Part shown: positions 31,166 to 41,149 of the stretch, piece by piece
How positions within the stretch are numbered: the first letter of the stretch is position 1
Layout of the letters: each line of letters begins with the position of its first letter
Origin: a virus
Lineage: Duplodnaviria; Caudoviricetes
Reading direction: 5' to 3' (one strand)
Length of the DNA: 64,000 bases
Virus record (IMG/VR): IMGVR_UViG_3300028601_000023
Coordinates: 64,001 to 128,000 of that record
The notes under the pieces: generated by a model
What the model saw: the letters and a program-made list of their open reading frames with translations, nothing else
The model's database searches: none
What the model was told of the DNA's origin: nothing
Made by a program: the position numbers and the translations under genes

Positions 31166-32197
31166 ATGTTAGCTTACACCAAAGATCTAAAGGTTTTTCG
31201 TTCCAAGGATTTCAACTACAACTTTGATATGAAGACGGGATTCACTCAGCTCTGGGGCAGAACAGCTGATGAAGATCCTGAAGTTGCACCGTTTCCTGTA
31301 ATAGCCGACATAGAGATTACAGAGGTTTGTGCTGGACCCGGGGGAGTAATTTGTCCATTCTGTTATAAATCAAACGTTCCTCATAAAGGTTCTGTAATGT
31401 CATTGGAACTTGCAAAGAACATCATCGACAAGCTTCCAAAAGAACTCACCCAGATTGCATTTGGTGTTGATGCTCAATGTGAATCCAATCCAGAATGGTA
31501 TGAAATTTTTGCATATGCTCGTAGATCTGGATTCATTCCAAACGTAACTGTTGCAGATATTACAGAAGAGACTGCAGTAAAACTTGCAAACATGTGCGGG
31601 GCCGTTGCAGTTTCCAGGTATGCTGATAAGAACTGGTGTTATGACTCAATTGAAAAGCTTACACGGAATGGTCTAAAGCAGGTAAATATCCATATTCTAC
31701 TCAGCGCAGAAACGCTTCCATGGGTCTATGAAACAATTGAAGACGCAAAAACAGATCCTCGTCTTGCTGGTCTGAATGCAATTGTATTCCTTTCGTTGAA
31801 ACAGAAAGGCCGAGGTGTACACTTCAACAGAGTTTCTCAGGAGCAATACAAAGAAGTTGTAGGTAAGTGCTTTTCTACTGGTATAAGTTTTGGCTTTGAC
31901 AGCTGTCAAGGCGCAGCATTTCTGAAGACTATCAAAGACCGTCCTGATTATAAAAAGATTGAGCAAAGTGTGGATCCTTGTGAGTCGACAAGATTCTCCA
32001 TGTACGCCAACGCTCGTGGAGATTTCTTCCCCTGTTCGTTTATGGAAGGAGTTCCTGGATGGGAAGATGGATTATCCATTGCTGAAGCAAAAACATTTGA
32101 AGAGATCTGGACACACCCACGAACCGAAGAGTTTAGGAAGAAATGTGTCGAATGTCTGAATAATAAAATCGGCTGCCAATATTACGATATTATGTAG
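31166..32197 (+). CDS. radical SAM protein with SPASM/twitch domain
   Basis: CX7CX2C (CAGPGGVICPFC); C-terminal PCES...GDFFPCSF...C..C....C. Confidence 0.85.
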   Translation: MLAYTKDLKVFRSKDFNYNFDMKTGFTQLWGRTADEDPEVAPFPVIADIEITEVCAGPGGVICPFCYKSNVPHKGSVMSLELAKNIIDKLPKELTQIAFGVDAQCESNPEWYEIFAYARRSGFIPNVTVADITEETAVKLANMCGAVAVSRYADKNWCYDSIEKLTRNGLKQVNIHILLSAETLPWVYETIEDAKTDPRLAGLNAIVFLSLKQKGRGVHFNRVSQEQYKEVVGKCFSTGISFGFDSCQGAAFLKTIKDRPDYKKIEQSVDPCESTRFSMYANARGDFFPCSFMEGVPGWEDGLSIAEAKTFEEIWTHPRTEEFRKKCVECLNNKIGCQYYDIM

Positions 32198-32430
32198 AGG
32201 GATATATGACAGAAGAGAGTCTTGTATATAGACTACAAAAACGAGCAGAGATTCGTCGGCAAATTCCAGGTAGAAAATCTGTGCAGGAAAACAAACCTGA
32301 CCGAATTGCTGATTTATTAGAGGAAGCTGCAGCTGAAATTCTATATCTGAAGAAGATTGTTGAAGCACCTTGGAAATGCGATGTCTGTGGTAATTATGTA
32401 TCTAATGAATGCGCAGAAACGGAGTAGATC

Positions 32431-32865
32431 ATGAAAATTAGAAACGGATTTGTTTCCAATAGTTCAAGCAGTAGCTTTATTGTCATCAATGATTCTGGTA
32501 ATAAAGTTCATCCTTCATTTGGAGATGTTCTTGAAATTCGAATGACTGATGGAGAATATGAGTTTGGGTGGCAGGTGGAAGAATATTACGACTTCAATTC
32601 AAAGTTCAACTGGTGCTATATCATTGCTTCGTATCAAGCAGAAGAAGAAAAAGAACGTCTTCACCAGATGTTAATTGAAACAATTGAAGAAGAACTTTGT
32701 GTTCCAGTAGAAGTCAATTGGAATGCTCAATCAGAATATGACTATTATATCGATCATGGATCTGTTGAAGATCATAATATGGCTATGTTTGATAGTAAAG
32801 AAGATCTAAAGGCATTTCTCTTTGATCCAGCAAGTTATATTCACAATACTAATGATAATATGTAG
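32431..32865 (+). CDS. MKIRxGFVSNSSSSSF-motif protein 2
   Basis: shared N-terminal motif. Confidence 0.8.
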   Translation: MKIRNGFVSNSSSSSFIVINDSGNKVHPSFGDVLEIRMTDGEYEFGWQVEEYYDFNSKFNWCYIIASYQAEEEKERLHQMLIETIEEELCVPVEVNWNAQSEYDYYIDHGSVEDHNMAMFDSKEDLKAFLFDPASYIHNTNDNM

Positions 32866-33211
32866 GAGACTATGGAACTATCAGATCTAACATATGAAGC
32901 AGGATTTCCAGCAGACATGGATAAAACCCAGCCTATATATCTGTTCAATCCAGAATTTGGAATTATTTCTGTTCAACCATGTGTAATGTATAAGCAGGTT
33001 GTAACTGGAAAGTGGACAAGATCATATCTCGGTAGAACAAAAGCACCAAAAGGTATGACAGTATTCAATACAGGAGATAAAAAGTGATATGCCCATATTG
33101 TAATAAATCTGTAAAGGATATGGTTGCTCATCTAGAGAAATCTGAAAAGTGTGCTGAGAAACATACACGAAACCTAACAGACCAAATAAAAGTAATACTA
33201 GGAGATAAGAA

Positions 33212-33514
33212 ATGAAAATTCGAGCAGGGTTTGTGTCTAATTCAAGTAGTTCAAGTTTTTGTATTTTGGGTGTTGTTGCTTCTGACGTAATCAACTCAGA
33301 CATCAAATGGGATCTTCCAAAGGGGTTTGTTTCTGAATATGGTATCAGTGACTACGACGGCGAGCTGATTGGAATGAATCCAGAGAGTCTTGATGAGAAT
33401 ATGACAATCAAACAGACAAAGGAATATATTGCGAAAACATTGTCAGAATCTTACGGCGTAGAAGTAAAGCCAGAAGAAATTCATTGGCACATGGACGGAG
33501 GATATGACGGATGA
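33212..33514 (+). CDS. MKIRxGFVSNSSSSSF-motif protein 3
   Basis: shared N-terminal motif. Confidence 0.8.
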   Translation: MKIRAGFVSNSSSSSFCILGVVASDVINSDIKWDLPKGFVSEYGISDYDGELIGMNPESLDENMTIKQTKEYIAKTLSESYGVEVKPEEIHWHMDGGYDG

Positions 33515-33873
33515 AGATTAGAACAGGATTTGTAAGTAATAGTTCAAGCAGCAGTTTTATTCTTCCATATAATAAAGATCTAACCGTTTCTATTACTATG
33601 GATGATCTTATTGATATTATAGATAACGCAGATGAATCCAGTGTAGAAGAACCGTTACATACTGTTGATGATGTCAATAAATATTTTATTGCGCAATATG
33701 GATTTAGAGATCAGACTATTGAAGATCTATTGAAAGATGATTATTATCAAGAAAAATATGATGAACTGATTGAAATTATCAATAGAGGCCAGTCAGTACT
33801 TGTCGGTAGTATTTCATATCATGAACTGCTTGCTACGGCGTTGTTGACAAGAATGGGCGCTGAAATTGACTAA
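33511..33873 (+). CDS. MKIRxGFVSNSSSSSF-motif protein 4
   Basis: shared N-terminal motif. Confidence 0.8.
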   Translation: MKIRTGFVSNSSSSSFILPYNKDLTVSITMDDLIDIIDNADESSVEEPLHTVDDVNKYFIAQYGFRDQTIEDLLKDDYYQEKYDELIEIINRGQSVLVGSISYHELLATALLTRMGAEID

Positions 33874-34296
33874 AGGGAGTATTTATGATTTTGGATAAGT
33901 TAGAAAAGTTACAAGCAGAAGCGGTAAAGATCTGTGGAAGTACAGCAAACGCAAAGTATACTCTACCAGAAGATATACTAGAGCAGATTCCTCAACAGTT
34001 CCGAGAGATGTATTCTAAGATGGATCCTTTCACTTGTTGTATTACATTGAATATGCTCAACTTTTACTTCAGATCAATGTATGAAATGCTTAGTTCTGAT
34101 GTAGATGTTGAACTATCAAGAGAAAAATTGAATTCTCTTATGGAAGAAGATCTTAAACTAATCTTCAAACAAAAAGATTGACATTTAGAAAATAATAGAT
34201 AGAATCAATTTATGAACGACCGACAAAGACAGATTATCCATGAAATCGAATGGATAAAGAATAAGATTGAAGAACTTAGACCATTGCTATTTAAAA

Positions 34297-34845
34297 GGCC
34301 TTCAGTTATAAAACAAATTCGAGATCTAGAACGTCAGATTGCTGAACGAAGGTATTCATTAATTTTTACTATCTATGACAATGTAATTGACAAGGAGCGA
34401 GACGATGTCTGATGAAGTTCAAATGGTGTCGAATTTGAAAACGAAAGAGGCGGTAAAGGTCAGTTACGAACAGTTTGAGAAGCTCCTAGCCGATGCCCTC
34501 TGGAAACACGCCGGGAAGCTCCGGGAGAGTCCGAGGACCTGTGCCGTGGACTACCGGCGCATGTTTGAGCGAATGCCCCTCCTCGAAGGCTGGAGCCTTC
34601 TGGCCCTGGCTCGAGAGCATGAGGAATTCCACCCGGAACGGGTAGCCCAAATCGAGGGGCTCCTGAAAAGGCGGACAGGAGCAGCGGAAATTTGTCGATC
34701 AGGGCGTGGCCTTTAGTTATAAAACAAATTCGAGATCTGGAACGTCAGATTGCTGAACGAAGACGTTCTTTAATTTCTATCTATGACAAGGAGCGAGACG
34801 ATGTCCGATGAAGTTCAAGTGGTGCTGAATCTGAAAACGAAAGAG
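34297..34845 (+). repeat. ~140-150 bp imperfect direct repeat (34297-34449 / 34708-34845) flanking a GC-rich insert
   Basis: both copies read ggcctt.agttataaaacaaattcgagatct...ggagcgagacgatgtc.gatgaagttcaa...aaaacgaaagag. Confidence 0.9.
34405..34716 (+). CDS. chimeric hypothetical protein (phage N-terminus + GC-rich body)
   Basis: MSDEVQ start shared with the 34801 ORF. Confidence 0.65.
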   Translation: MSDEVQMVSNLKTKEAVKVSYEQFEKLLADALWKHAGKLRESPRTCAVDYRRMFERMPLLEGWSLLALAREHEEFHPERVAQIEGLLKRRTGAAEICRSGRGL

Positions 34846-35229
34846 AAGTTCAAGATTACTTCTGAAACAATTGAAAAGCTTTGGCCGAAAACAGAAGATG
34901 ATTTTCAGAAACTCTTTCCTGGCCTAGGTTCCATCAGTAAACCATACAAGGATCCAATCGGTGATCGTCTCGCTGAATATCTTGTTACTGAAAAGAGATC
35001 TCTTATCATTACAATGTATATGCTTCAGAAGTTTACTGGAACTGTTTTTCCAATTTCTATCAAGGACAACGTTTACTATCCAATGATCTTTAAGTATAGA
35101 TCAGAGTTGCTTGAGATTCTTGAAGCTCTCGAAATCAATAATGCTGATACAGAATATCTCGAGCGGATCATCAATTTGATTTTCATTAAGCTCACCGGTG
35201 GAATGTATACTTCTGCTGGAACAGATTAG
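34801..35229 (+). CDS. hypothetical protein
   Basis: MSDEVQ start, AT-rich body. Confidence 0.65.
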   Translation: MSDEVQVVLNLKTKEKFKITSETIEKLWPKTEDDFQKLFPGLGSISKPYKDPIGDRLAEYLVTEKRSLIITMYMLQKFTGTVFPISIKDNVYYPMIFKYRSELLEILEALEINNADTEYLERIINLIFIKLTGGMYTSAGTD

Positions 35230-35361
35230 AAGGAGATAGTATGGAACTAACGATTCGGATCAATGGAAAAGTTATTCGTCAAAAAGCAATTAGGTTTTCT
35301 ACTGGATATAAATGGGATCTACCTGGATATGTTATTGACCGTGAGCTGCAGGAGAAGGAAC

Positions 35362-35736
35362 GTGACATCGATCGGAATACTAAGAAAGGTTCTTGATGAA
35401 GCAGAGAAAAGCACTGTCTATCCTCACCGAGTTGGAGCAATTGTCTTTCGTGGAAAAAGGATACTGGGTTTCGGTCATAATTCCAATTCATTGTGCAGCC
35501 TTCATCCAAAGTATGTACGCTACAATGAATCAGTTCACGCTGAGCAAGCTGCAATATCTTCGCTTGATTGGTCGAAACTTCGAGGAGCTTCTATTCTTGT
35601 CATACGTCTCACTCGTAGAGGTAAACTTGCTATGAGTAAACCCTGTGCAATGTGTCAGGCTCTGATTGAACATGTAAAAATCAAGAAAGTATATTATTCT
35701 AATTCTTATGGTGAAATTGTTATGGAGAAACTATGA
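35362..35736 (+). CDS. second CMP/dCMP-type zinc deaminase (start uncertain)
   Basis: HRVGAIV, HAEQAAI, SKPCAMC. Confidence 0.8.
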   Translation: MTSIGILRKVLDEAEKSTVYPHRVGAIVFRGKRILGFGHNSNSLCSLHPKYVRYNESVHAEQAAISSLDWSKLRGASILVIRLTRRGKLAMSKPCAMCQALIEHVKIKKVYYSNSYGEIVMEKL

Positions 35737-36346
35737 AATTTGTTGCTTTAGCATTTGATTTTCTATTGTATATTGTTCTTGGTTTGTTTATGATAGTGAT
35801 ATGTCCATTGATAGGATTGTTTGCGGGAGCATTGTTAGGCTTCAAACAATCCTTCAAATATTTTACTAATGGATATTTTATAATTCAAGATAAGGTAGTA
35901 AATAAAAATGAAGTTGAATGATATTTTAGGATCTTGTACGAAAAGAGAGTTCATGGACTGTTATCGGAAATGCTATCCGTATACTAATGATCTTGTTCTG
36001 CAGAAAATAGCTAAAGTCTTTGAAGAACTTGAATTCTTAGAAGAATCTGATTCAGAATTCAAATTGAAGATTGCAACAGTTTCATCAGATACAAGAACTG
36101 AATATATGGTCTATGGATATATTGATGAAGATGTCTATGGAGACATGAATGTTGAATGTGAAGATTGGAACAACTGGCTTGGATCTGAATGTATCGTAGA
36201 CCCATCAGTTTGTTCTGAACTTGAATTTGCTGTACATTGTGTCAAAGAAATGACTTTCTTTGGATTTACTCCTGAAGAAGTCCAAAGGAAAGTCGCTGAA
36301 ATGAAAGCGGATCCTGAATTCTAACCTTTAACCACTGGAGTCTATC

Positions 36347-36817
36347 ATGCGAATTTTTGGAAACATCATCTGGCATCTGTTTTGTTTTGGGTGGCTGACA
36401 TCTTTGATTTCTGTTCTATTTGGCGCTCTATTTTCTATTACTGGATTTCTAACACCGATTGGACTAGGATTGATTCAGTACGCAAAATTTACTCTAGCTC
36501 CTTTTAGTTATTCTATGATCTCAAAGAAAGAACTTCGTCCAGTAACTCATCAGACTGGAATTCTATGGAAGTTGCTATCAGTTATTGGATTTATTTTCTA
36601 TGCTCCGTTTGGAATTGCTTTGGTGATTCTAGGAGTCTTTCAAGCAATCGTATTGATTTGTACTATTATTGGAATTCCTATGGCTATTCCATATATCAAG
36701 AGTCTCGGTACTCTATTCAATCCGATCGGAAAGGTTTGTGTTCCAAGAGTTGTCGCGACTGCGGTTAAAGCTCGGAACGATGCAATGGTAGTAGAAAAAT
36801 ATATTGGTAATGTGTAA
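36347..36817 (+). CDS. YccF-domain inner membrane protein
   Basis: GNIIW..FGW, PIGLG, TIIGIP.A, P.GK. Confidence 0.85.
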   Translation: MRIFGNIIWHLFCFGWLTSLISVLFGALFSITGFLTPIGLGLIQYAKFTLAPFSYSMISKKELRPVTHQTGILWKLLSVIGFIFYAPFGIALVILGVFQAIVLICTIIGIPMAIPYIKSLGTLFNPIGKVCVPRVVATAVKARNDAMVVEKYIGNV

Positions 36818-36825
36818 AATACTTG

Positions 36826-36897
36826 TTGACAGTACTCCTTGGTTGAGTTATTCTAAACTCAATTGAACGGAACAACAAAAACCAAGGAGTTTACAAA
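36826..36897 (+). promoter_or_regulatory. early promoter + leader cassette, copy 7 (with SD-sequestering inverted repeat)
   Basis: TTGACA(36826)-17-TATTCT(36849); actccttggtt / aaccaaggagt. Confidence 0.85.
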
Positions 36898-37068
36898 ATG
36901 TCTAATACAATCAAGTTCAAGAAAGGTGATGAAGTAAAGTTCTTTGAACATGGTAGTTTAATTCCAGTCTATGGAAAGATACTCTCTGTTGGAAAAGTAA
37001 ACTGTAAAATCATCAGTTCTGATGGGTTGATATATTTCATCCCTCCAAGACTACTAAATTTTGATTGA
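36898..37068 (+). CDS. small SH3/KOW-like early protein (56 aa, not in ORF track)
   Basis: MSNTIKFKKGDEVKF...; directly after cassette. Confidence 0.7.
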   Translation: MSNTIKFKKGDEVKFFEHGSLIPVYGKILSVGKVNCKIISSDGLIYFIPPRLLNFD

Positions 37069-37162
37069 TAAATAATGTATCAGGAACAATGAGCTAGCAG
37101 CCATCCCGGACCTTGAAACCGGTGTCAAGAAGTAACTTGATGTTCCAATTGTTCTTTGAAAT

Positions 37163-37241
37163 CTCCCTCTCGCCTAACTTGGTTATGGCTCTCGGTTTGG
37201 AGCCGAGTATAATGCTTGTTCGAATCAAGCGGGGGAGACCA
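37163..37241 (+). tRNA. tRNA-Pro(TGG)
   Basis: acceptor ctccctc/gggggag, anticodon arm ctcgg-tt TGG ag-ccgag, TTCGAAT, CCA. Confidence 0.9.
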
Positions 37242-37244
37242 TAT

Positions 37245-37316
37245 TCCGAAATAGCTCAATGGCAGAGCACGTGCCTGTTAAGCACAAGGTTTCTGGTTCG
37301 AGTCCAGATTTCGGAG
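37245..37316 (+). tRNA. tRNA-Asn(GTT)
   Basis: tccgaaa/tttcgga, ct GTT aa loop, GTTCGAGT. Confidence 0.9.
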
Positions 37317-37321
37317 CACAC

Positions 37322-37399
37322 GTCCTCGTAGTCCAACTGGTAGGAGACAAGAGATTCAAGATCTCTACAGTGTCTGTTCGAATCAGACCGGGGATACCA
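37322..37399 (+). tRNA. tRNA-Leu(CAA), short variable loop
   Basis: gtcctcg/cggggat, agaga-tt CAA ga-tctct, CCA. Confidence 0.85.
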
Positions 37400-37410
37400 G
37401 TAAAAATTAT

Positions 37411-37485
37411 GCCGGTATAGTTCAGTGGTAGAACGCTTGTTTTGTAATCAAGATGTCGGGAGTTCAAATCTCTCTATCGGCTCCA
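37411..37485 (+). tRNA. tRNA-Thr(TGT)
   Basis: gccggta/tatcggc, tt TGT aa loop, CCA. Confidence 0.9.
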
Positions 37486-37494
37486 ATAAATTTC

Positions 37495-37572
37495 GGCCCT
37501 TTATCCCAACTGGTAGAGGAAGCTGCTTTAGAAGCAGTAAATGTCTCAGTTCGAATCTGAGAGGGGCTACCA
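37495..37572 (+). tRNA. tRNA-Leu(TAG), short variable loop
   Basis: ggccctt/aggggct, gctgc-tt TAG aa-gcagt, CCA. Confidence 0.85.
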
Positions 37573-37576
37573 TTTC

Positions 37577-37652
37577 GTGTCTGAACCCAAATAGCGAGGG
37601 CACTGGCTGTGACCCAGTTGGCTAGTGGGAGCGTTACCCACCGGACACTCCA
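37577..37652 (+). tRNA. atypical tRNA-His(GTG)
   Basis: gtgtctg/cggacac, actgg-ct GTG ac-ccagt, T arm gtggg-agcgtta-cccac (non-canonical loop), CCA. Confidence 0.7.
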
Positions 37653-37653
37653 A

Positions 37654-37766
37654 ATTTTGACCACTCTTAGCAGAGGAGCGTAGATACGGCGGATTGTCTT
37701 GCGGCACTTATCGATTACGTCACATCATCCAAGAGTAAGCAGACATGAGGGATGATTGGTCAAAAT
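37654..37766 (+). ncRNA. candidate structured RNA following the tRNA array
   Basis: closing stem attttgacca/tggtcaaaat with three internal stems. Confidence 0.55.
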
Positions 37767-37820
37767 ATCTATTGACATTTTATCTTAACTTAGATATTCT
37801 ATTCTCATCTGAAACAATAT

Positions 37821-37896
37821 TGCCGTATAGTTCAATTGGTAGAATCCCCGGCTCATAACCGGACAGTTACATGTTCAAGTCATGTTGCGGCAACCA
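37821..37896 (+). tRNA. tRNA-Met(CAT) (or Ile2)
   Basis: tgccgta/tgcggca, ccgg-ct CAT aa-ccgg, GTTCAAGT, CCA; own TTGACA promoter near 37772. Confidence 0.9.
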
Positions 37897-39210
37897 AACC
37901 ATCGGAGTTTCAAATGAATCCGTCTTATTACAAAACAGCTCGCCAGATTTCTTCAACTCTTTTTGTCAAGATCGTTTTCTATTCTAAAGAGACCAATATG
38001 TTCTTTTGTGAAGTTCCTACCGATAAATCATATAAAACAAATAACGAACAATGGTTGCGGGCGGATGAACTGTCTGACTTTTGTTTATAGGGGCAAAAAT
38101 GAATATTCTAAAAGCATCTTTTGAGTTTGTGTTTCTGCTTTGTAAAAATCTATTTGTATTTTTATTATTAGCTACAGCCTTTATAAGTTCTCTTATAGCT
38201 GTCGTTGTATTAGTACATATGATCATGTATTACTTTTTGCCGTACGATGTTATCAAGCTTTTTGCTTCTATTGTCGGAGTGTTTGTTTATCTGGTTATAT
38301 TTTGTACTGTCATTCAGTTCAAACAAAGGAGAGGCTAATGTCATATTCTATCAAAATTGAATATACTACTGGTGATTCTTTCAGTTCAGCTGAAAGAGAT
38401 TCTATTCTTGAAGGAACGTGGACTGATCTGAAAATTCTTAAAAGAAATCTTCTACGTATTCAGAATCATTACAAGAAGTTTAATGAATTCTCTCGCCGGA
38501 ATACCAAAGAATGGCTGAAAGATATGCCAGAAGGATGCGTCTATAAAGGAGATGAGAAATATCCAGACGCATACAATTTGTCTTTAGAATTGCTGACAGA
38601 CAAAGGTGATCCGTGGGTTTTCTTTCCGTTCTGGTGTGGATATTTTGAGCACTTGCATTCTGCTGAAATTATATATGTTGGAACTGAAACGAGGATAGAA
38701 TTCTGATGAAGGACTCTTACTATAAACATTTACATTTCTTTTTCTTGGTTTTGCGCGTTTTTATTATGAATACTATAAAGATCTCGTTCTTTGTAATTGC
38801 AGTTATATCATGTGTGATGATTATTTTGCTGGGAATACAAATGATTTTATTATATGCCGCTGAATATGCGACATTAATATTTGTTGGCCTGTTTATTTTA
38901 TTCATTATAATTCTAAAGACGTGTTATGAAGTTCAATATATAAAGGAAAAATATGAAAGCTGAAAGATGCTCTGAGTATTGGATCTGCAACTGGTGTAGA
39001 GAAGAAATGCAAGAGGCTCCAGATTTCGCTATCTATTTCAACAAACAAAATATAATGGTCCATGGAATAGATGTAAACTTCTGTGATGACTTTCATTTCT
39101 GTTCAGATGAGTGCATGATTGAATTTTTTAAGACTTTTCTACAGCGTGGTCAGACAATTGCAAAGTTCGGTGATGCATTGAACCTTCAAGGATATGTATA
39201 GGAGATCTAT

Positions 39211-39633
39211 ATGCCTCTAATAGAAAACTGTCCAATGGGATTTGTTGTTAGTGGAACTCACAGACTCCAACCAAGGAATTCTGTTCTCATCCAAATAACT
39301 GATCCTGGATATCTAAGGCCTGTTCCATACTACAAGGATCAATTTGTCAAAGTATTCCATTATGAATTCCATGATATAGATGAATCTTATACTGGTGATC
39401 TAGAACTAATTCCATTTAACTCAGAAATTGCACACGAAATACTTTCTATCATGGAATTCTGTTTATACCACAAGTATGACTTAATTGTTCATTGTCACGC
39501 TGGCCTCTGTAGATCCGGAGCAATTGCAGAAATTGGAATCATGATGGGCTTTGAAGAAGTTCATGATAATAGATTACCAAATGTTCTAGTCAAAACACTA
39601 TTACTAAAAGAATTGGGATGGTCTTATGAATAA
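39211..39633 (+). CDS. protein-tyrosine/dual-specificity phosphatase-like protein
   Basis: IVHCHAGLCRSGA (CX5R). Confidence 0.85.
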   Translation: MPLIENCPMGFVVSGTHRLQPRNSVLIQITDPGYLRPVPYYKDQFVKVFHYEFHDIDESYTGDLELIPFNSEIAHEILSIMEFCLYHKYDLIVHCHAGLCRSGAIAEIGIMMGFEEVHDNRLPNVLVKTLLLKELGWSYE

Positions 39634-39724
39634 GAATGTTGAGAAGTATGTAAACGGACTTTCTCCAAATTTAGCCTGTAAATATATTATAGAAAATTGA
39701 AAAGAAATCTAAAAGGAGTTTCTA

Positions 39725-40906
39725 GTGGCTTATCTGTATATTTTATTGATGTTCATTCTATTACCGTTTCGAATGGTTCTGAGTTTTATTACTCAGTTTT
39801 TCTGGTTTCCAAAATTCAAATACAACAAACAACTGAAATCTTTTTCTGTTTCTGATGCTGACTATGCTAGAATTATAGAAAAAGCTCAATCAGATCTAGA
39901 AGAAATCGGGGATGGTGGAGACGGCGCAAAGTTTCTGTCTATGTATCATTTTGCTTCTCGTATTGATCCAGAGAATGTTTCCCCAACAGATCACATGTAT
40001 CGGTTCTATCATGGTAAAAGTACATTCAAACGAAAGTTTAAGATAGAAGATAACGTTGGATATTCTACTTTCTCTGGCGATATGATGGCTGGCTCTGTTT
40101 TAGCTAGAGCAATAGACTGTGTATACGGCTACAAATATAAAGCAGACGATTTTATTTGTATCATCAAGAATATAGTCAATAACAAAATTCCATTCGCAGT
40201 TCCGCATCCTCATGGTGAACTTTATGGTAGAGGATTCATCTGGCCCATTTGGGGAGATGGTGCAGATGTATTGAAATGCGTTGCTATGATAGATACAGCT
40301 ATTGCTTCTGGTGATCAGATTGGAAAACCACAATATCATTTAAATATTGTCAAGTATCTTATTCTTATTACTAATTTTCCGTTGTGGATCTGGTCATATG
40401 ATTCTGCTTTTATGGTTGGTAACACCTATCTGACAAAATGGTTTGGCCCACACTCTAGATTCTTGTATATGTCTAGTGCTTACATGTTAACAGGATCATG
40501 GTACTATAAGTTATTTTTGAAGCGATCATTCAAGAAATATGGTAGAATCGTCCCCGACATTGCGTATCTTTATAAGTATATGTTTCCAAAAGAAGATGCA
40601 GATCTATCATTTGCTAACTATCTTGTAGATGATTATGTCAGAAACGGAAAAGGAACATCTGTTTATACAGGTCCCAAAGCACCCTTCATTAATCTTGAAA
40701 AGTTTTTGCTATATCCTTTCAAGAAAGAAGATTATAAAGTAGAACTAGCAACAATGGTAGCAGAAGCAAGTAAACGTTATGAAACACATATCTGGGAACG
40801 AGACCCATTTAAAGTAAAGACCGGTGATCAATCTAAATCTAGAGCAAACTGTATAGATCTTGTTTTGACTGCTGCTTTATCTAGACGTTTTTATGTTGAC
40901 AAATAG
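39725..40906 (+). CDS. hypothetical protein with N-terminal membrane anchor
   Basis: 393 aa, SD ggag, hydrophobic N-terminus. Confidence 0.65.
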   Translation: MAYLYILLMFILLPFRMVLSFITQFFWFPKFKYNKQLKSFSVSDADYARIIEKAQSDLEEIGDGGDGAKFLSMYHFASRIDPENVSPTDHMYRFYHGKSTFKRKFKIEDNVGYSTFSGDMMAGSVLARAIDCVYGYKYKADDFICIIKNIVNNKIPFAVPHPHGELYGRGFIWPIWGDGADVLKCVAMIDTAIASGDQIGKPQYHLNIVKYLILITNFPLWIWSYDSAFMVGNTYLTKWFGPHSRFLYMSSAYMLTGSWYYKLFLKRSFKKYGRIVPDIAYLYKYMFPKEDADLSFANYLVDDYVRNGKGTSVYTGPKAPFINLEKFLLYPFKKEDYKVELATMVAEASKRYETHIWERDPFKVKTGDQSKSRANCIDLVLTAALSRRFYVDK

Positions 40907-41149
40907 GAGATATTATGACAATTAAAAAATTTATTAAATCTATGACTGAAACTGATAAGGTTTTATGTCATGAAGAGTTTTTAGAATATGAGAGATCTGG
41001 ATTGGTAAAAGATGATGCCATTCTACGCAAGTATGTAGAAGAATATATCCAAAAGCATATGGGTGGGGAAGGATCATTCGCAATAGTTTGCACGTTTATT
41101 ATGTTTGAGATCTATAAAGAAAGCTATAGCAACCCATTCTAGGAGTAAT

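Noticed and set aside
37113-37664. ORFs 37113-37331, 37225-37467, 37425-37625 and 37464-37664
   Set aside because: They overlap clear tRNA genes and are spurious
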